Shown in pieces: positions 62,401 through 64,000 of a stretch of 64,000 bases of DNA (the first letter of the stretch is position 1; every line of letters begins with the position of its first letter). Under the pieces are notes generated by a model. The model worked only from the letters and a program-made list of their open reading frames with translations. It made no database searches and was not told the origin of the DNA. The position numbers and the translations under genes were made by a program. Source of the DNA: Octopus vulgaris (taxonomy: Eukaryota); assembly GCA_951406725.2 (NCBI GenBank), contig OX597839.1, positions 36,952,001 through 37,016,000 of the forward strand, written 5' to 3'.

Positions 62401-63844
62401 AGAAAGAAAAGCAGGAATTCTGAGGAGAGAAGAAATATAGAAATATTGGTAAAAATTATATATCAGTAATAAAATTTCTGGAGAATGTCCAGAAGATAGA
62501 ACTGCATATATATATTTAAAGAAAGATCTTTTAAAACATTCATTAACTGTTAAAAAAAAAAACATTATTCAGAGAACAGAACTTCACCAACATTTGGAAA
62601 AGAAATTTATGTATAGTACTTTATATTAACTTCAATTTTTCAAGCACATGTGCTCTGGATAAGTAACTTTTAAACAAATCTTTCTTGTGACAGTATGAAA
62701 TATTTTTTTACAAAACTCTTTTTAACACACACACACACAGACACACACACACACATGAAAGAAGAACAGAAAACAATAACCTTGATATTTCAATATATTC
62801 ATTCATAGATATCATCAGGAAGTAATTTTGAAATATGAACTTCAGAATTCAATTCCACTCTTACACAGAATGAAAATTCATAAAATAGAGACAGATTTAA
62901 AAAAAAAAAAAAAAAGCATAAAGACAACAAAAAACCAGTACTAATCTTGTCTAGCATGAAAAGATTACATACCTGCATACTTATTGGCACAAAACGTTTA
63001 TTTTGATAAGTATACTGATATATAATCTATGCAGGTTTGACAAAATAATTACAGGTTCTTTATTTTTCTTTCCAATTTTATTTTTTTTATCTCTCTCCTT
63101 TCTCTCTTTGTCTTTTTCTTTTAATCTTCACTCTGTCTAAGAGTGGAATTGAATTCTGTAGTTCATATTTCAAAATGACTTCCTGGTGACAAAGCAATTG
63201 CACTTTCACTTCATATAAGAGTGATTTGGTGTTGGAATTATTGAAACAGCTGTAATGATAAATATTTTTAGATATTCCTGTTGGTATTTCCAATACATTT
63301 TGCTCTGTTCAAGTGCTATGGTCTGCTTCACAGTATTTCCAACAATGCACATGGATATGCATTTTAAATGGGATTTAAGGAGTTTAATGCAGTAAACTAT
63401 ACTGGGCTCTAATATAGTTAGTTGTTTATTGTGCATATAAAACACATTCTAATGCTGTGTATATATATTTAGGTGTGTGAGAGAGTTGATATGTGAAAGC
63501 ACACGGTTGGATGTATATAAAAACAAAATAGAATGAAAAACTACCAAGATTTGTATTATATGGTTAAAAAATACATTAAAAATCGTCATGTTAGGAAAAT
63601 GATATAAAGTTTTGTGTATAGTGACATTGTTTTTAGAGAAATAACCAGTTTCGCATTTTCTTTTTAAATTTCTCAAATTTCTTTACTGATGTTGTGTCAT
63701 CTATTCGTTATGGTGTGATATAGAAGAGTTTGAAATAGTGGAAGGTAATCATGGAATTTTTCGGTATAAGGGAGATAATCAAAAATGTTGGGAATGATTA
63801 GGTTTTGCTAATTCAACATGATTTGGTTTTGATAGAATAAAATG

Positions 63845-64000
63845 TTAGAAATGATTAAATTTTGGCTTATATTTTTCAATGAAGTAGGTTTCCTTTTTTA
63901 ATCTAACTTGTGTTGGTATTCCAGTAGCACATTGATAGAAAGGAAAGATTACAAGTTGTTTTCCGCATCTCTCAATGTGTTCACTAAAGGATATCATTCT
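63845..64000 (-). mobile_element. C-terminus of a Penelope-like GIY-YIG endonuclease ORF (continues beyond the window)
   Basis: Open frame RMISFSEHIERCGKQLVIFPFYQCATGIPTQVRLKKETYFIEKYKPKFNHF*; ExxxIxxxxPxxN GIY-YIG tail. Confidence 0.75.

Overview
AT-rich, microsatellite- and SINE-dense eukaryotic DNA, most likely an octopod cephalopod (inferred from the SINE repertoire, not verified by search). The only clear gene is the 3' part of an M13 zinc metallopeptidase (neprilysin-1-like): eight short + strand exons at 205-7735 that splice in frame into 217 aa with the NAFY, HEITH, ENIAD, HSPxxxR and CxVW* motifs. The ORF track misses it, and most listed ORFs are microsatellite or SINE artefacts. The remaining ~55 kb is intergenic or intronic: at least four SINE families, relics of R4/Dong, HERO-like, RTE, CR1, L1/Tx1 and Penelope retroelements, two mariner pseudogenes, several MITEs and a non-autonomous Helitron. 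Most notable: (1) at least seven decayed minimal hammerhead-ribozyme motifs, including two different ones on opposite strands of one ~270-bp insert; (2) minisatellites built from the gene's own exon boundaries; (3) an unusual density of palindromes and inverted duplications; (4) a candidate orphan minus-strand exon and a pre-miRNA-like hairpin. All calls were made by eye, and repeat boundaries are approximate unless a TSD or TIR is quoted.
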